NCBI GenBank assembly: GCA_051654305.1
Contig: JBOFXU010000262.1
Location: forward strand, 1 to 47,192
Direction of reading: 5' to 3'
From: Bacteroidales bacterium
GTDB lineage: Bacteria; Bacteroidota; Bacteroidia; Bacteroidales; UBA7332
Length of the DNA: 47,192 nucleotides
Shown: piece by piece, positions 27,755-38,511 of the stretch
How the letters are laid out: each line of letters starts with the position of its first letter
Numbering within the stretch: position 1 is the stretch's first letter
Translations under genes and position numbers: made by a program
Notes under the pieces: generated by a model
Told to the model about the DNA's origin: nothing
The model's database searches: none
Seen by the model: only the letters and a program-made list of their open reading frames with translations

Positions 27755-30082
27755 TCAGAATGGATAACCTATCGCAAGATGGAACGCCAGTCCCTTCCCA
27801 AAACTCGATATATTATAGTATCCCTTCTTGTCAGGATTTTCATAGGGCGCATGAATTGCTACACCAAAGTCCCCGCGAACCACCAGAAAGTCAAGATCAT
27901 AACGTAACCCTACTCCCGTACCCAGTGCTATTTGCTTCCACAAAGAGCCGGATTTGAGTGTTCCTCCCGGACGTAAAGGGTCATCTTTTAATAACCAGAC
28001 ATTTCCCGCATCAACAAATAGTGCCCCGTAGAGGCTGCTTACAAGCGGAAAACGATACTCGAGGTTCATCTCCAGCTTGAAGCTACCGGTCTGATCCAAA
28101 AAGGTATTGTTATCTACAATTTCCGGTCTGTAATTTCCGGGACCGATGCTACGTATCGCAAATGCCCGAATACTATTTGCTCCTCCAATATAGAACTGCT
28201 CGTTGTATGGAAGAACCTTGGAATTACTGTAGGCAAACCCGGCGCCAACCATTACCCGTCCTGCTAAAACGGTGTTTGCTGGCAAGCCCTTGTAAAGGAT
28301 CAGCTGGCTCGACAATTTCACAAACTGAGAAAACTGATTCCCAAGTATTGTCTTATTGTTCCCCTGCTTATTACCAAACACATTCATTAACCCGAACATC
28401 GCATTCCCTGCTTCGCTTATCGTATTCTGAAGTACCAGTTTGTTTGCCGGATGCTTTCCGAATGTTCCATCGTAAGTCAGCGTATAACTAATCTGTGGGA
28501 TAAACTGATTCTCAAAACTTAGCGCAATTGCCGGATTCTGATCTAACGTTTCCTGAAATGCCTGCGACTTATGCAACATATAGTTGTAGTTCACCCGAAA
28601 CGGGGAGAATGAATGAAACACTCTTTTTGACGTCTGAAAATCATAGGTCAGAGATGTTCCCATGGAAACCATATTGAAGTAATTCGCTCGGTTAAGAAAG
28701 TCCTCACTGATCTCTATGGTTGTTTTATTGGGATATCTGAAATACTCAGGCATCAGAAATGTTGGAACCAACAGCCTTGGAACAGCAAGTGTCGCGTTTA
28801 CCTGCAACTCATAGGAGTTAACCAGCGAACCTCCGCTATTTTGTCTTGCAGCTCCGGTCTGCCATTCATAGGATCCTTTAAGTTTAAGCGACAGGCTCTC
28901 TCCTCCTTTAAATACATTTGCCCACGTGACTCCTGCCGAGATTCCCGGACCAACCTGACTGTTCGATTTGTACACTACATTGAGTTCCGCTTCGACTTCA
29001 TACGGAGCATCGAATGTCGCATCTATGCGCATGTCCAGAAGATTTTTCTTTGCAAGAGTATCGGGACTGAACTGAAGGTTGATGGAGTTAAATGTATTCA
29101 ACCGATAGAGATTCTGGAGAGTCAGACTCTGCCGGTCCTGATTATAGAGTGAATCTTTCATCAATAAAATTGCTTTGTGAAGAATTGATCGTTTCATTCC
29201 CAGCTTTTTATTGTAATGAAAATTGATTCCCCGATAGGTATCCATTTTCCAGTCACTTGTATCTCTCGAATACAGATATACATCAATATTCCCGATCCGG
29301 TAAGGTTCGAGCAAGTTATTTCCCAGACTCTCCTTGCGTTGAAGGCGCAACTGTACTTTCCCGGGTGCCTCTAACGTATCTGCCAGATATTCGATAAAGT
29401 CGGGTCTGAAGTAGTAGTATCCTTTGTCCCGAAGTATATTCGTTATCTTAGCTTGCTCTTCCTGCAAATGAAACACATTATAGTTCGATCCCTTCTGAAT
29501 ATCCGGAGAGAGGGGAATCTGCTCCATAATCCGGTCAGCAGGGCTCTCCTGGGCAAGAATTGCAACAGAATCAAGCGAATACGGATCGTTGATCTTTACT
29601 TTGTATTTTATCTTTGACTTCTTCGGATCTTTCTTGTCTTTCAGTATTTCGTAGGATGCCTTCGAGCCAAAATGGCCATAGTCCTGCAGCATATTCTCTA
29701 CGACCTTCACACGAAGTTCGGGTTTAACGCTTGATACCAGAACAGGCTCACTGCTTAGCTTTTTGTACAGCCAGTGTTTAAATCCTTTTTTACGGTCCTT
29801 ATACTCATACAAGGTATTGTAAACCCATAATCCCAGCGGGAAAGGGATACGTACCGAACTACTACCCAAAAGAGCATTGTTCGGAGGGTAGTCCAACGGC
29901 GAAGACAAAGAGGATTCCAGATCAGGATCGAGCTTCAGCTCCTTGGGTTTATCTACTTCTACCTTCTTTATTCCCGTGTACAGCTCCTGTCCTTCCGGTA
30001 TCATTTTAGTTGTTGAACATCCCGATAACAGAAGAAGTAGAAATAGGGCAAATATGTTATATCTTAAATCTTTTCGCATCAT
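27755..30082 (-). CDS. tamL: BamA/TamA-family outer-membrane protein, lipoprotein variant (TamL-like)
   Basis: 775 aa with signal peptide plus lipobox LLLSG|CS. It has a POTRA-like N-region and an Omp85 beta-barrel ending in the aromatic IGYPF. It lies 26 nt downstream of tamB. Confidence 0.85.
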   Translation of the reverse strand: MMRKDLRYNIFALFLLLLLSGCSTTKMIPEGQELYTGIKKVEVDKPKELKLDPDLESSLSSPLDYPPNNALLGSSSVRIPFPLGLWVYNTLYEYKDRKKGFKHWLYKKLSSEPVLVSSVKPELRVKVVENMLQDYGHFGSKASYEILKDKKDPKKSKIKYKVKINDPYSLDSVAILAQESPADRIMEQIPLSPDIQKGSNYNVFHLQEEQAKITNILRDKGYYYFRPDFIEYLADTLEAPGKVQLRLQRKESLGNNLLEPYRIGNIDVYLYSRDTSDWKMDTYRGINFHYNKKLGMKRSILHKAILLMKDSLYNQDRQSLTLQNLYRLNTFNSINLQFSPDTLAKKNLLDMRIDATFDAPYEVEAELNVVYKSNSQVGPGISAGVTWANVFKGGESLSLKLKGSYEWQTGAARQNSGGSLVNSYELQVNATLAVPRLLVPTFLMPEYFRYPNKTTIEISEDFLNRANYFNMVSMGTSLTYDFQTSKRVFHSFSPFRVNYNYMLHKSQAFQETLDQNPAIALSFENQFIPQISYTLTYDGTFGKHPANKLVLQNTISEAGNAMFGLMNVFGNKQGNNKTILGNQFSQFVKLSSQLILYKGLPANTVLAGRVMVGAGFAYSNSKVLPYNEQFYIGGANSIRAFAIRSIGPGNYRPEIVDNNTFLDQTGSFKLEMNLEYRFPLVSSLYGALFVDAGNVWLLKDDPLRPGGTLKSGSLWKQIALGTGVGLRYDLDFLVVRGDFGVAIHAPYENPDKKGYYNISSFGKGLAFHLAIGYPF

Positions 30083-30108
30083 ACTTTGGCATTCTGGTTT
30101 ACGATCAT

Positions 30109-33100
30109 TTATTTAGTTCCAGTCGAGTCAGCAGGTGGTGTAAAACTCTCTTTGAAAAGCTGCAACTCTCTGGCTTCTCGTCTCCGGCTATTCCGGAACT
30201 TGAAGATATTCTTCATCTTATAGAGTTTACGGCGAATAGCCACACCCAGTCCGGTTTGTGTGATCTGACCTTCAAGCACATTATCATATCCGGTATGATG
30301 GAAAAGCTTCATATACAAGTTACCATTCTTATCCAGCATATAATCTATGGATAAGTCATCGATAAAGTTCTGATCTTGCTTCACTGTCGGATCTGCACCG
30401 GTAGATACGCGTCCTCCGATATTTACCGTAAAGCGGTCGTTCAGGAAGCTCTTCGAGAATTGTACCGTGTAGTCTGTTCGTGTTCCCGCTGCCTGATTCT
30501 GATCAAAATTATCTATACCGAAGCTAAGGTTCACCCCTTTGAGATTATTCCGGGTAAATTGATTCAGCGTTGATTCGATAAACGAGTTCAGAGCTGTTGT
30601 TGATGCCGATTTACTGGTCATACCACTCAATGAAATCGAATTATAAAGAATCAGATTCATTGCTTCTTTTGCTCGTTGCTCCGGAGGCAGAGAGGCTAAC
30701 CGGTTCTGTACAGAGAGGTTATCCGGTGCTGCGGCATCAAAGGTCACAGACATATTCTCCAGAGAGTTCTGTATGCGCACAATAGCATTGAACGTCACAA
30801 TCTGGCTGTTACTGTTATCCTCAGAAACAGAGGCTTTAATCTTCTCTATCGCCGTAATATTCATGATCGGATTGAGCAAATCACCACTCCACGACACTTT
30901 ACTACCATCCTGAATATCGAAATTCTTAGCTCCGATAATAGGCAATGTATACACTACCGTACCTCCCGACAATACATACTGCCCGGTCAGACTGGTTGTT
31001 CCTTCTCTTTTCATCTGATAGCTGAGCGTACCATCCCCGATCAGATTCACCCGGCTGTTTCCATCTGCCGACAGATTCATCGACAAGCGTACTCCCGGAT
31101 TGATCGTTGCTGTGAACAGTAAATCTATTCCATCCAGCTCATTGATCTTTTTCAGATTTCCGTACAGCAGGCTGGTGGTGTCTGCAAAATTCACAAAACG
31201 TACCAGTTGGGCGGTCTTGTTTTGCGTATCTATAGCACTCTCCTGCATAACATAGGTGAGGTTGGTTTGATTCAGCACCGTCATATTCCCGCGTACAACC
31301 AGACGGTCAATCAATCCTTTTACCGTTGTTTTCAGGTTGATATATGCTTTACCATATACCATTGATTCGTCTGTTTGTGCTGCATCGAGCAACTGAAAAT
31401 TATTTCCCGTCACCGACAAATCGGAATAGATATCATTTCCTTTTCGCAGCTCCACATTTCCATCCAGCACCAAAGGGGTCTTATTGGTCGAAAATAGTTT
31501 ATAGGAGTTGAAACGAATAAAGTTATTCTTAATACTGATGGCTTGCTCATCAATTCTGAACTGCGAATTGGCTGGCACGACCATCAGATAGGTACTATCT
31601 AATTTGACAGATCCGTTGAACACTTGCCCGTCAGCTCCATCCGTCAGGTTGATCTCACCATTCAGATACCCCTGAATAGATGCCAGATCCTTAGGTATAA
31701 ATGTATTCGCTATTTTCAGCGGGAAACGATCCGCGTGGAGTTTCACATTCATTCCGTTGGTTGTTTCATCTTTCAGCTTACCCGTGATCTTCAACACTTT
31801 CTTATTGTTCATGATCATCGAAGCATCAATGTCATTCTGACTTGAATTGCTCAGATATGCTCCGGAGAATTGTACGTCTCCGATATTCTCTCCGTTTAGA
31901 ATAAATTTCTCGAGATTAAAAAGTCCTTGAGCACTCAGTTCATTCTGATCTGTAGAAATGCTGAATCTACTGTTCAACGCACCGGTCATCTCCGAGAAGT
32001 ATGGGATACTTTGTGCTATCTTTTTCAGATCAATTCCGTTTACATCTACGATAATACCCCCTCGGGATTGCGTGGAGTCGAGGGTATAAGCATGAATACG
32101 AGCTGCCTCCCCGGTCAGATCAAGATCTGCTTTGATCTCTTTATTTTTTGAGATCGAGAGGAAGTTATCGGGATTCAAACGCCATGGAGTATATCCGATA
32201 ATTGGATTAGACGGAAACAAAGTTGCACGTAAAGCCTGATCTTTGATCATCAATTTGCAACCCAGATCCAGACCTATCTCTTCTTTATGGTTCTTTTCCA
32301 TAAGGCGAACCACCAGACTATCATCTGCCACCGCGCCCCATGCTTTCAGAAGGAACGAAGGTTGAGTGAATCTGGAGCGATTTGCAACCTGAGCCACAAA
32401 TGTGATCTTATCAATTTCCTGATTGGCATTCAGCTGAACCGTATCAAACAACCGTTCCTTGGATTGCAGCTCTTCGAGCATTGCTCTCAACGTCAATCCT
32501 TCTATCGGATTGATGGTAGCTTTCACTCTTGTACTTTTAATAAAGGTGTAATCCTGTGCCAGATAGGAATTCATAATATTATTCTTCCCGGCATCCATGG
32601 TTATATCAAACGTTGGATAACGCTCTTTCAAAAGATCCAGCGACAATGATTTATTTTTCAATTCTTTATCCAGCAATGTCATCGTTGATTCAAACTCCTT
32701 CATACCGATAAATACACTCTTTGGAGAAAGTGCATTCACCACTAAATCCCCTGAGGTAATTTTTGCACGGAAAAGAGAATCGGCATTGCTGATATCATAG
32801 GCAAACTCACTCGGCGTGTACACCCGGTCTGATAACTCTAAAAGTTTAAGATAAACATTTCCGACTGCACTAATATCCTCCTTCATATTCGTACGAAGCG
32901 TCGTATTCCAGACAAATCCCGTGCGCAATGCTGTATCCGAAAGTTTAAGGGCTTTCAAATCCAGATTAGCCACATCAAGTGCCAGAATCAAATCAATCTC
33001 TTTGCGACCAAGTGTTCCACTGACCTCCGAAGTTAAGCTCAGATCTCTGTCTCCCATCGTTGCCTTCGCGTCAAGTTTTCCTCCTGCAATGGTAGCATTC

Positions 33101-34881
33101 AGTCCAAGATCGGCATAATTATGACCATTATAGTGAATTACATTCGACTTCAACTTAGCGTCCAGTTCCGTCCGTGGAGAGAACACGTCAAACCCTTTTC
33201 CTTTCGCCGAAAGCGAGAGGTCTACACATTTGATTCCCATATGAGGCATAAACTGGGACACATAGAATGAGTCAGCCTCCAAAGAAAGATTATAATGCTC
33301 GCTATTGAAGTGGAAGGTCCCTTCACTGTGCACTCTCCCTTTCGGGGTAACAAGTGTTGTGGTCTGCTCTACTAATCCACGACTCGCATTAATATCTCCG
33401 TTTAAAGTGAAATGATTCGGGAATGTGTACTGTTTTGCCAGCTCTTTAGGTAACAGAAACAACAATTTATGCGCTTCATACCCTTTGAGGTCAAACATCA
33501 TTGAGCCCGTGAGGTTCTTGTAATCCATGATATTTTTCACCACTCCCTTAGCTGTCATATCAAAACAGTCGGGATATTTCACCTCGAATTGCTGAATATC
33601 AATCCGGTTCTTCGTTCCGGATGCTGTGGCTTTTGCCGTAATAAATGTGCGCTTATTGAGTAGTGAATCTTTGAACGACTCCTCTTCGGTCAGTTTCTGG
33701 AACTCATAGGTCGAGAGGTTCGCATTCATATTGGCTTTCAGATCTTCAATCGAGAATCCTTTACTATTAGTACCCCACGTCATCGCCCCGCTAAACTGCA
33801 CCGAGCTAAGCAACGTATGCATATCCAGACCATTGACCATCACGCGGTTTGAATCCATCTCTGCATAGCCTTTCATATCGCTGATCAACAGATCAGATGT
33901 TAGCTTAGCCGAAAGCGATTGGAGTGTTAAGGCGGAAAATGCACCTCTGTTACGCAGTGAGTCTGCTTCGATGTTAATCTCTTTTACAAAAAGATGATCC
34001 ATATCAAAACGGTTGGAATCGCTCTGATATTTACCAATATGCATTTCGAAGTGATTATTCTCCACCACCGCATTACGCACAAGAATATCCCACGGTAGGG
34101 TCGGAAGGGTATCCTTCCGCAAGAGCGTATCTTTCTGAATCGTACTCTCCTGGGCCGAATCCGGCAACATAATCGTGTATTTACCATTGACAATCCGAAT
34201 CTTCTCGGCTATCACTTTCTGAGTCAACATATCCACCCGTCCCTTCTTCAGAGAAGCAGTCTCAACAAAGACATTTGTCGAAAACTTCGTAGGAAGATCT
34301 GCAAACATCACCTGAATGTTTCGCAATAAAATCCGCTTCGACACGAACTTCCAGGGAAAAGCACCCGATGTATCTACCGCTGCCGTATCCGGCACACTTT
34401 TCAACATCTGTATGGCAATCGAACCATCGCTCAAAGTGGTCTGTCCCAGATCAATCTCTTCATTCTTCAGCTGAATGACATTACCACTCAGTTTTGCCAT
34501 TCGCAGACGCGCACTGATGTCCATCGTCTGAGCCGAATCGATATAATGAAACACTGCATTCCGCACCTCTACCGTATTTACCTTCACCTCACTTCTCAGC
34601 AGGGGAAGTATAGCCACACTGGTTGAGACTTCGCCCACACGAAGCATCGTATCTGCCGGATGCTTTACAACCAGCGCATCAGATAATTGTAGTTTTAATG
34701 GAAAGTAGAGACGTAGCTTGCCGACAGTGACATCCATACCCATAGCTTTGGATGCCTCCTTCTGAACAATTCCGCGTGCAAAGTTCTGAACAAACGGGAT
34801 GTATAAAGCAAACGATAATAGTAAGATAAGTACGATATATGCAAGGATGATTCTGATGAACCATTTCATAAAATTTCTCAT
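30109..34881 (-). CDS. tamB: Translocation and assembly module protein TamB (AsmA-like, DUF490 C-terminus)
   Basis: About 1590 aa. It has a single N-terminal TM anchor (WFIRIILAYIVLILLLSFALYIPF), a long beta-rich repetitive body and a conserved C-terminal domain. The track start at 34914 is TTG. The -7 box at 34912..34919 makes the ATG at 34881 or 34869 the likely start. Confidence 0.88.
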   Translation of the reverse strand: MRNFMKWFIRIILAYIVLILLLSFALYIPFVQNFARGIVQKEASKAMGMDVTVGKLRLYFPLKLQLSDALVVKHPADTMLRVGEVSTSVAILPLLRSEVKVNTVEVRNAVFHYIDSAQTMDISARLRMAKLSGNVIQLKNEEIDLGQTTLSDGSIAIQMLKSVPDTAAVDTSGAFPWKFVSKRILLRNIQVMFADLPTKFSTNVFVETASLKKGRVDMLTQKVIAEKIRIVNGKYTIMLPDSAQESTIQKDTLLRKDTLPTLPWDILVRNAVVENNHFEMHIGKYQSDSNRFDMDHLFVKEINIEADSLRNRGAFSALTLQSLSAKLTSDLLISDMKGYAEMDSNRVMVNGLDMHTLLSSVQFSGAMTWGTNSKGFSIEDLKANMNANLSTYEFQKLTEEESFKDSLLNKRTFITAKATASGTKNRIDIQQFEVKYPDCFDMTAKGVVKNIMDYKNLTGSMMFDLKGYEAHKLLFLLPKELAKQYTFPNHFTLNGDINASRGLVEQTTTLVTPKGRVHSEGTFHFNSEHYNLSLEADSFYVSQFMPHMGIKCVDLSLSAKGKGFDVFSPRTELDAKLKSNVIHYNGHNYADLGLNATIAGGKLDAKATMGDRDLSLTSEVSGTLGRKEIDLILALDVANLDLKALKLSDTALRTGFVWNTTLRTNMKEDISAVGNVYLKLLELSDRVYTPSEFAYDISNADSLFRAKITSGDLVVNALSPKSVFIGMKEFESTMTLLDKELKNKSLSLDLLKERYPTFDITMDAGKNNIMNSYLAQDYTFIKSTRVKATINPIEGLTLRAMLEELQSKERLFDTVQLNANQEIDKITFVAQVANRSRFTQPSFLLKAWGAVADDSLVVRLMEKNHKEEIGLDLGCKLMIKDQALRATLFPSNPIIGYTPWRLNPDNFLSISKNKEIKADLDLTGEAARIHAYTLDSTQSRGGIIVDVNGIDLKKIAQSIPYFSEMTGALNSRFSISTDQNELSAQGLFNLEKFILNGENIGDVQFSGAYLSNSSQNDIDASMIMNNKKVLKITGKLKDETTNGMNVKLHADRFPLKIANTFIPKDLASIQGYLNGEINLTDGADGQVFNGSVKLDSTYLMVVPANSQFRIDEQAISIKNNFIRFNSYKLFSTNKTPLVLDGNVELRKGNDIYSDLSVTGNNFQLLDAAQTDESMVYGKAYINLKTTVKGLIDRLVVRGNMTVLNQTNLTYVMQESAIDTQNKTAQLVRFVNFADTTSLLYGNLKKINELDGIDLLFTATINPGVRLSMNLSADGNSRVNLIGDGTLSYQMKREGTTSLTGQYVLSGGTVVYTLPIIGAKNFDIQDGSKVSWSGDLLNPIMNITAIEKIKASVSEDNSNSQIVTFNAIVRIQNSLENMSVTFDAAAPDNLSVQNRLASLPPEQRAKEAMNLILYNSISLSGMTSKSASTTALNSFIESTLNQFTRNNLKGVNLSFGIDNFDQNQAAGTRTDYTVQFSKSFLNDRFTVNIGGRVSTGADPTVKQDQNFIDDLSIDYMLDKNGNLYMKLFHHTGYDNVLEGQITQTGLGVAIRRKLYKMKNIFKFRNSRRREARELQLFKESFTPPADSTGTK

Positions 34882-34911
34882 AAATCCTGAGTATAAGCAT
34901 GTCATATTCTG

Positions 34912-34919
34912 CAAAGATA
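34912..34919 (-). promoter_or_regulatory. Candidate -7 box (TATCTTTG) for tamB-tamL
   Basis: CAAAGATA on plus is TAtcTTTG on minus, 30 nt upstream of the ATG at 34881. Confidence 0.4.
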
Positions 34920-35098
34920 GAAGCTTTCATTATTATTATGTCCGAATTCCTCGTTATTTTCCCTAATGAAATTATTCACTTCTTCGAAATTAAAACAGAT
35001 GCTCTCTGGCTTTTGTTCGACATAAAATCAATTTATAAGCCTCTCATTGGGGGATCTTATTTTCTATCCTAATAATCCAATAAATTAAAAAATAACAC

Positions 35099-35106
35099 TA
35101 CTTTTG
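35099..35106 (+). promoter_or_regulatory. Candidate -7 box (TACTTTTG) for the ftsB-like gene
   Basis: Exact TAnnTTTG match 27 nt upstream of the ATG at 35134. It overlaps the TTG at 35104 that the ORF track uses as the start. Confidence 0.4.
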
Positions 35107-35133
35107 CCTGACTACGGATATAAAATTATTATT

Positions 35134-35484
35134 ATGATTAAGGAATTATTTCAAAATAATAAGGATAAACTCTCATTCTTCTTCGAATTGAAAAGAAAAG
35201 TGATGATTCTCGAACCCATGAACCGCTACCTGGTCATCGGGCTTTCAGTGTTTTTGGTGTACATGACATTCTTTGATGAGGACAACTTCATTCGCCGCAT
35301 CAAACTCTGGACCGAAATACAAAGCCTCGAAAGTCAAGTCAGTCATTACGAGAATGAAATCAGCAAATCTCAGAAACAACTCGAACGACTACACTCCGAC
35401 AAAGAGACCTTAGAGAAATTTGCACGCGAAGAGTATCTTATGAAAAGAGAGAATGAAGATATTTTTCTGATCGAAGAAGATTAA
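35134..35484 (+). CDS. Septum formation initiator family protein (FtsB/DivIC-like)
   Basis: About 116 aa. It has one TM segment (YLVIGLSVFLVYMTFF), a coiled coil (IQSLESQVSHYENEISKSQKQLERL) and the family C-terminal motif EKFAREEYLMKRENEDIF. Confidence 0.8.
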   Translation: MIKELFQNNKDKLSFFFELKRKVMILEPMNRYLVIGLSVFLVYMTFFDEDNFIRRIKLWTEIQSLESQVSHYENEISKSQKQLERLHSDKETLEKFAREEYLMKRENEDIFLIEED

Positions 35485-35511
35485 GCGAACCTTTAAAAAA
35501 ACAAGAACACG

Positions 35512-35832
35512 ATGATAAAAAAATATATGTTTCAGATATCAGCAATACTGGTACTGATTTCTGCGGCCCTGTACATCACGAAGCTCGAGTGGGCTCCCTA
35601 TATGTATGCCGTAGGGACAGCCGGCGTTGCGATTTCTCACCTGACCAACCGCTACGAAGGTAGCAACTTACGAAAGAAAAGACTTCACCGCATACTCGGT
35701 TTTGCCGGGATGATGATGGTCATGTCTTCGTATTTTATGTTTAAACACCAGGGAGAATGGATCATGACTCTGTTGATTTCTGCCATTCTTCATCTCTACG
35801 TCTCCTTTGTTATGCCTAAGGAAGACGAATAA
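35512..35832 (+). CDS. Small integral membrane protein, unknown function
   Basis: 106 aa with three or four hydrophobic segments. It has an ATG start and good coding appearance. No family was recognised. Confidence 0.6.
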   Translation: MIKKYMFQISAILVLISAALYITKLEWAPYMYAVGTAGVAISHLTNRYEGSNLRKKRLHRILGFAGMMMVMSSYFMFKHQGEWIMTLLISAILHLYVSFVMPKEDE

Positions 35833-35876
35833 CTGATTAATAACTTTATTTCTTACCCGATAAACACAATTTTACT

Positions 35877-37124
35877 ATGTATTCACCGCAATTACACGAT
35901 ATACAACGAGCCCGTCAGCGAATCACCGGAGCTGTTTATCACACTCCCCTCGCACGAAATATCGCTCTATCTGAAAGATACGATGCAAACGTCTTCCTCA
36001 AACGTGAAGATTTGCAGGAGGTTAGATCTTATAAAATACGTGGAGCATACAACAAAATCACCTCTCTGACCGATGAACAGCGCCAGAAGGGTGTCGTTTG
36101 TGCCAGTGCCGGCAACCATGCACAAGGTGTTGCCTACGCCTGTCGCGCGCTCGACATTCAGGGGGTTATCTTTATGCCGAACCCTACACCTCAGCAGAAA
36201 AGAGATCAGGTGAAGATGTTCGGAAAAGAGAATGTCAAAGTCATCCTTACCGGAGATACTTTTGACGATGCTTTCCGCGAAGCCACAAAGTATGGACAGA
36301 AAAACGGTCTTTGCTTTATTCATCCCTTCAACGACGAAAAGGTCATCGAAGGACAGGCTACTGTCGGACTCGATATCCTCAACGATACCGACTCCCCGAT
36401 CGACTATCTTTTTGTTCCGATTGGTGGTGGCGGACTCGCATCCGGAGTAGGCAGTGTATTTAAAATGATCAGCCCTTCCACGAAGGTGATCGGTGTTGAA
36501 CCTTCGGGTGCTGCCAGCATGAAAGCGGCTATTGATAAAGGTGAATTGGTCGAACTTGACAGCATTGATACCTTTGCCGATGGTGTAGCTGTGCGTAAAG
36601 CTGGTAATCTCACCTTTGAAATCTGCAAAGAGGTATTAGACGATATCGTGGTCGTTCCCGAGGGACGTATCTGTGGCGAAATTCTCAAACTCTACAATCA
36701 GAGTGCCATCGTTGTTGAACCCGCAGGGGCTATCTCCGTGGCAGCACTCCACGAATATCGCGACCAAATCAAGGGAAAGAACGTCGTTTGTGTCATCAGT
36801 GGCAGCAACAACGACATTACCCGCATGGAAGAGATCAAAGAGCGTTCGTTGCTTTACGAAGGGCTTAAACACTACTTTATCGTTCGCTTTCCCCAAAGAG
36901 CGGGCGCCTTACGGGAGTTTCTCGAGAAGGTACTGGGACCCAACGACGACATCTCCCACTTCGAATACAAACGAAAGACATCACGCGAGAAAGGTCCGGC
37001 TCTGATCGGTATCGAACTTTGCGATGAAAACGATTTTGACGGACTGGTCGATCGAATGAAAATTCAGGGGATTACTTTTGAATATTTAAATGATCGTCCC
37101 GATTTTTTCCAGTTCCTTATATGA
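35877..37124 (+). CDS. ilvA: Threonine ammonia-lyase (threonine dehydratase)
   Basis: 415 aa. The PLP-lysine motif is SYKIRGAYN. It has ASAGNHAQGVA, the glycine loop IGGGGLASG, and a single ACT-like C-terminal regulatory domain. Confidence 0.88.
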   Translation: MYSPQLHDIQRARQRITGAVYHTPLARNIALSERYDANVFLKREDLQEVRSYKIRGAYNKITSLTDEQRQKGVVCASAGNHAQGVAYACRALDIQGVIFMPNPTPQQKRDQVKMFGKENVKVILTGDTFDDAFREATKYGQKNGLCFIHPFNDEKVIEGQATVGLDILNDTDSPIDYLFVPIGGGGLASGVGSVFKMISPSTKVIGVEPSGAASMKAAIDKGELVELDSIDTFADGVAVRKAGNLTFEICKEVLDDIVVVPEGRICGEILKLYNQSAIVVEPAGAISVAALHEYRDQIKGKNVVCVISGSNNDITRMEEIKERSLLYEGLKHYFIVRFPQRAGALREFLEKVLGPNDDISHFEYKRKTSREKGPALIGIELCDENDFDGLVDRMKIQGITFEYLNDRPDFFQFLI

Positions 37125-37135
37125 AAATTTATTAA

Positions 37136-37166
37136 GCGAAAGTGAGTATTTCACTTTCGCTTTTTT
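37136..37166 (+). terminator. Rho-independent terminator after ilvA
   Basis: GCGAAAGTGA (37136..37145) pairs with TCACTTTCGC (37151..37160), then TTTTTT. Confidence 0.85.
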
Positions 37167-37414
37167 ATTGCAATCTCCCTGAATACAAGCAAAATGTCAC
37201 TTATTTCATCCCCAAATAACTGAATTAATTCGAGACATGATTATTTATGCTACGATCTGTCCCCTTCGAATTACGTTCCTCGATATTATTTTTTTATTCA
37301 GATAGTTGTACAAAATAATAATATTATTACTTTCGCAGTGTTCTAATACCTAAAATATAGGCTTATACCGTCTTACGAATTACTTTAATAATCACATAAT
37401 AACTCAATTTCACA

Positions 37415-38482
37415 ATGAAAAAGCATAATTTTTTTGCCGGACCTTGTATTCTAAGTGAGTACACAATTAAAAACACTGCGGATGCAGTTATTAATTTTGC
37501 CGGAATGGGATTATCCCTCTTAGAAATTTCCCATAGAGAGAAGGAATTTGTTGCTGTTGTAGACGAAGCGAGAGCTTTGTTCAAAGAATTGTTGAATATT
37601 CCTGATGGATACGAAGTGATCTTTCTTGGGGGAGGTGCCAGCCTGCAGTTCTGCATGGTTCCCTTCAATTTGTTGCAGAAAAAAGCTGCTTACATCGAAA
37701 CAGGCACCTGGGCTATGAACGCCATTAAGGAGGCTAAACTTTTTGGAGAAGTAGATGTCATTGCTTCTTCCAGTGATAAAAATTTCAGCTATTTCCCAAA
37801 AGATTTCACGGTACCTGCCGATGCTGATTATCTTCACATCACTACCAACAACACCATCTTCGGTACTGAAATTCATACCGATATAGATGTTAATATCCCA
37901 CTTGTGGCTGATATGTCTTCTGACATTTTCTCCCGTCCGATTGATGTTTCCAAATATGCACTGATCTACGGAGGAGCTCAGAAAAATCTGGCACCTGCCG
38001 GAGTAAGTTTCGTGATTGTTCGCCAGGATATTCTGGGTAAAGTGTCACGTGCAATCCCTACGATGCTTGATTACCGCACTCATATCAAACATGAATCTAT
38101 GTTTAACACCCCTCCGGTACTTCCGATCTATGCTGCTCTTCAGACACTGAAATGGTACAAAGAGATGGGTGGTATCGAGGCTATGTATAAACTCAATCTG
38201 GCAAAAGCCGAACTTCTATACAAAGAAATTGACGAAAACAAATTATTCAAAGGTACTGCTGCCGTAGAAGACCGCTCGATCATGAACATCTGCTTTGTGA
38301 TGAACGACGAATACAAAGAGCTTGAAAAAGAGTTCCTTACATTCGCTACCGAAAGAGGTATGGTCGGAATCAAAGGTCACCGCTCAGTGGGTGGTTTCCG
38401 TGCTTCTACCTACAATGCTTTGCCTATCGAAAGCGTTCAGGCACTGGTAGATACCATGCGTGAGTTCGCTGCTAAACATTAA
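37415..38482 (+). CDS. serC: Phosphoserine aminotransferase
   Basis: 355 aa. It has the N-terminus [10 protein letters not shown] and the PLP-lysine motif [18 protein letters not shown]. The C-terminal motif [16 protein letters not shown] is typical of SerC. Confidence 0.92.
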   Translation: MKKHNFFAGPCILSEYTIKNTADAVINFAGMGLSLLEISHREKEFVAVVDEARALFKELLNIPDGYEVIFLGGGASLQFCMVPFNLLQKKAAYIETGTWAMNAIKEAKLFGEVDVIASSSDKNFSYFPKDFTVPADADYLHITTNNTIFGTEIHTDIDVNIPLVADMSSDIFSRPIDVSKYALIYGGAQKNLAPAGVSFVIVRQDILGKVSRAIPTMLDYRTHIKHESMFNTPPVLPIYAALQTLKWYKEMGGIEAMYKLNLAKAELLYKEIDENKLFKGTAAVEDRSIMNICFVMNDEYKELEKEFLTFATERGMVGIKGHRSVGGFRASTYNALPIESVQALVDTMREFAAKH

Positions 38483-38511
38483 ATCTGATAACCCTTTAAA
38501 TCTATCTGCTC

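Noticed and set aside
34882-34914. TTG (34914) and ATG (34905) starts for tamB, and TTG (35104) for the ftsB-like gene
   Set aside because: The tamB TTG (34914) and the ftsB-like TTG (35104) fall inside exact TAnnTTTG -7 boxes, and the tamB ATG (34905) lies only about 6 nt downstream of its box, so all three are probably at or upstream of the transcription start. Downstream ATGs give sensible N-termini.
37170-37414. Possible riboswitch or attenuator upstream of serC (repeated CGAATTAC 8-mer) and upstream of folB/ilvA
   Set aside because: There is only one short repeated word. I could not fold a terminator/antiterminator alternative, and there is no leader peptide.
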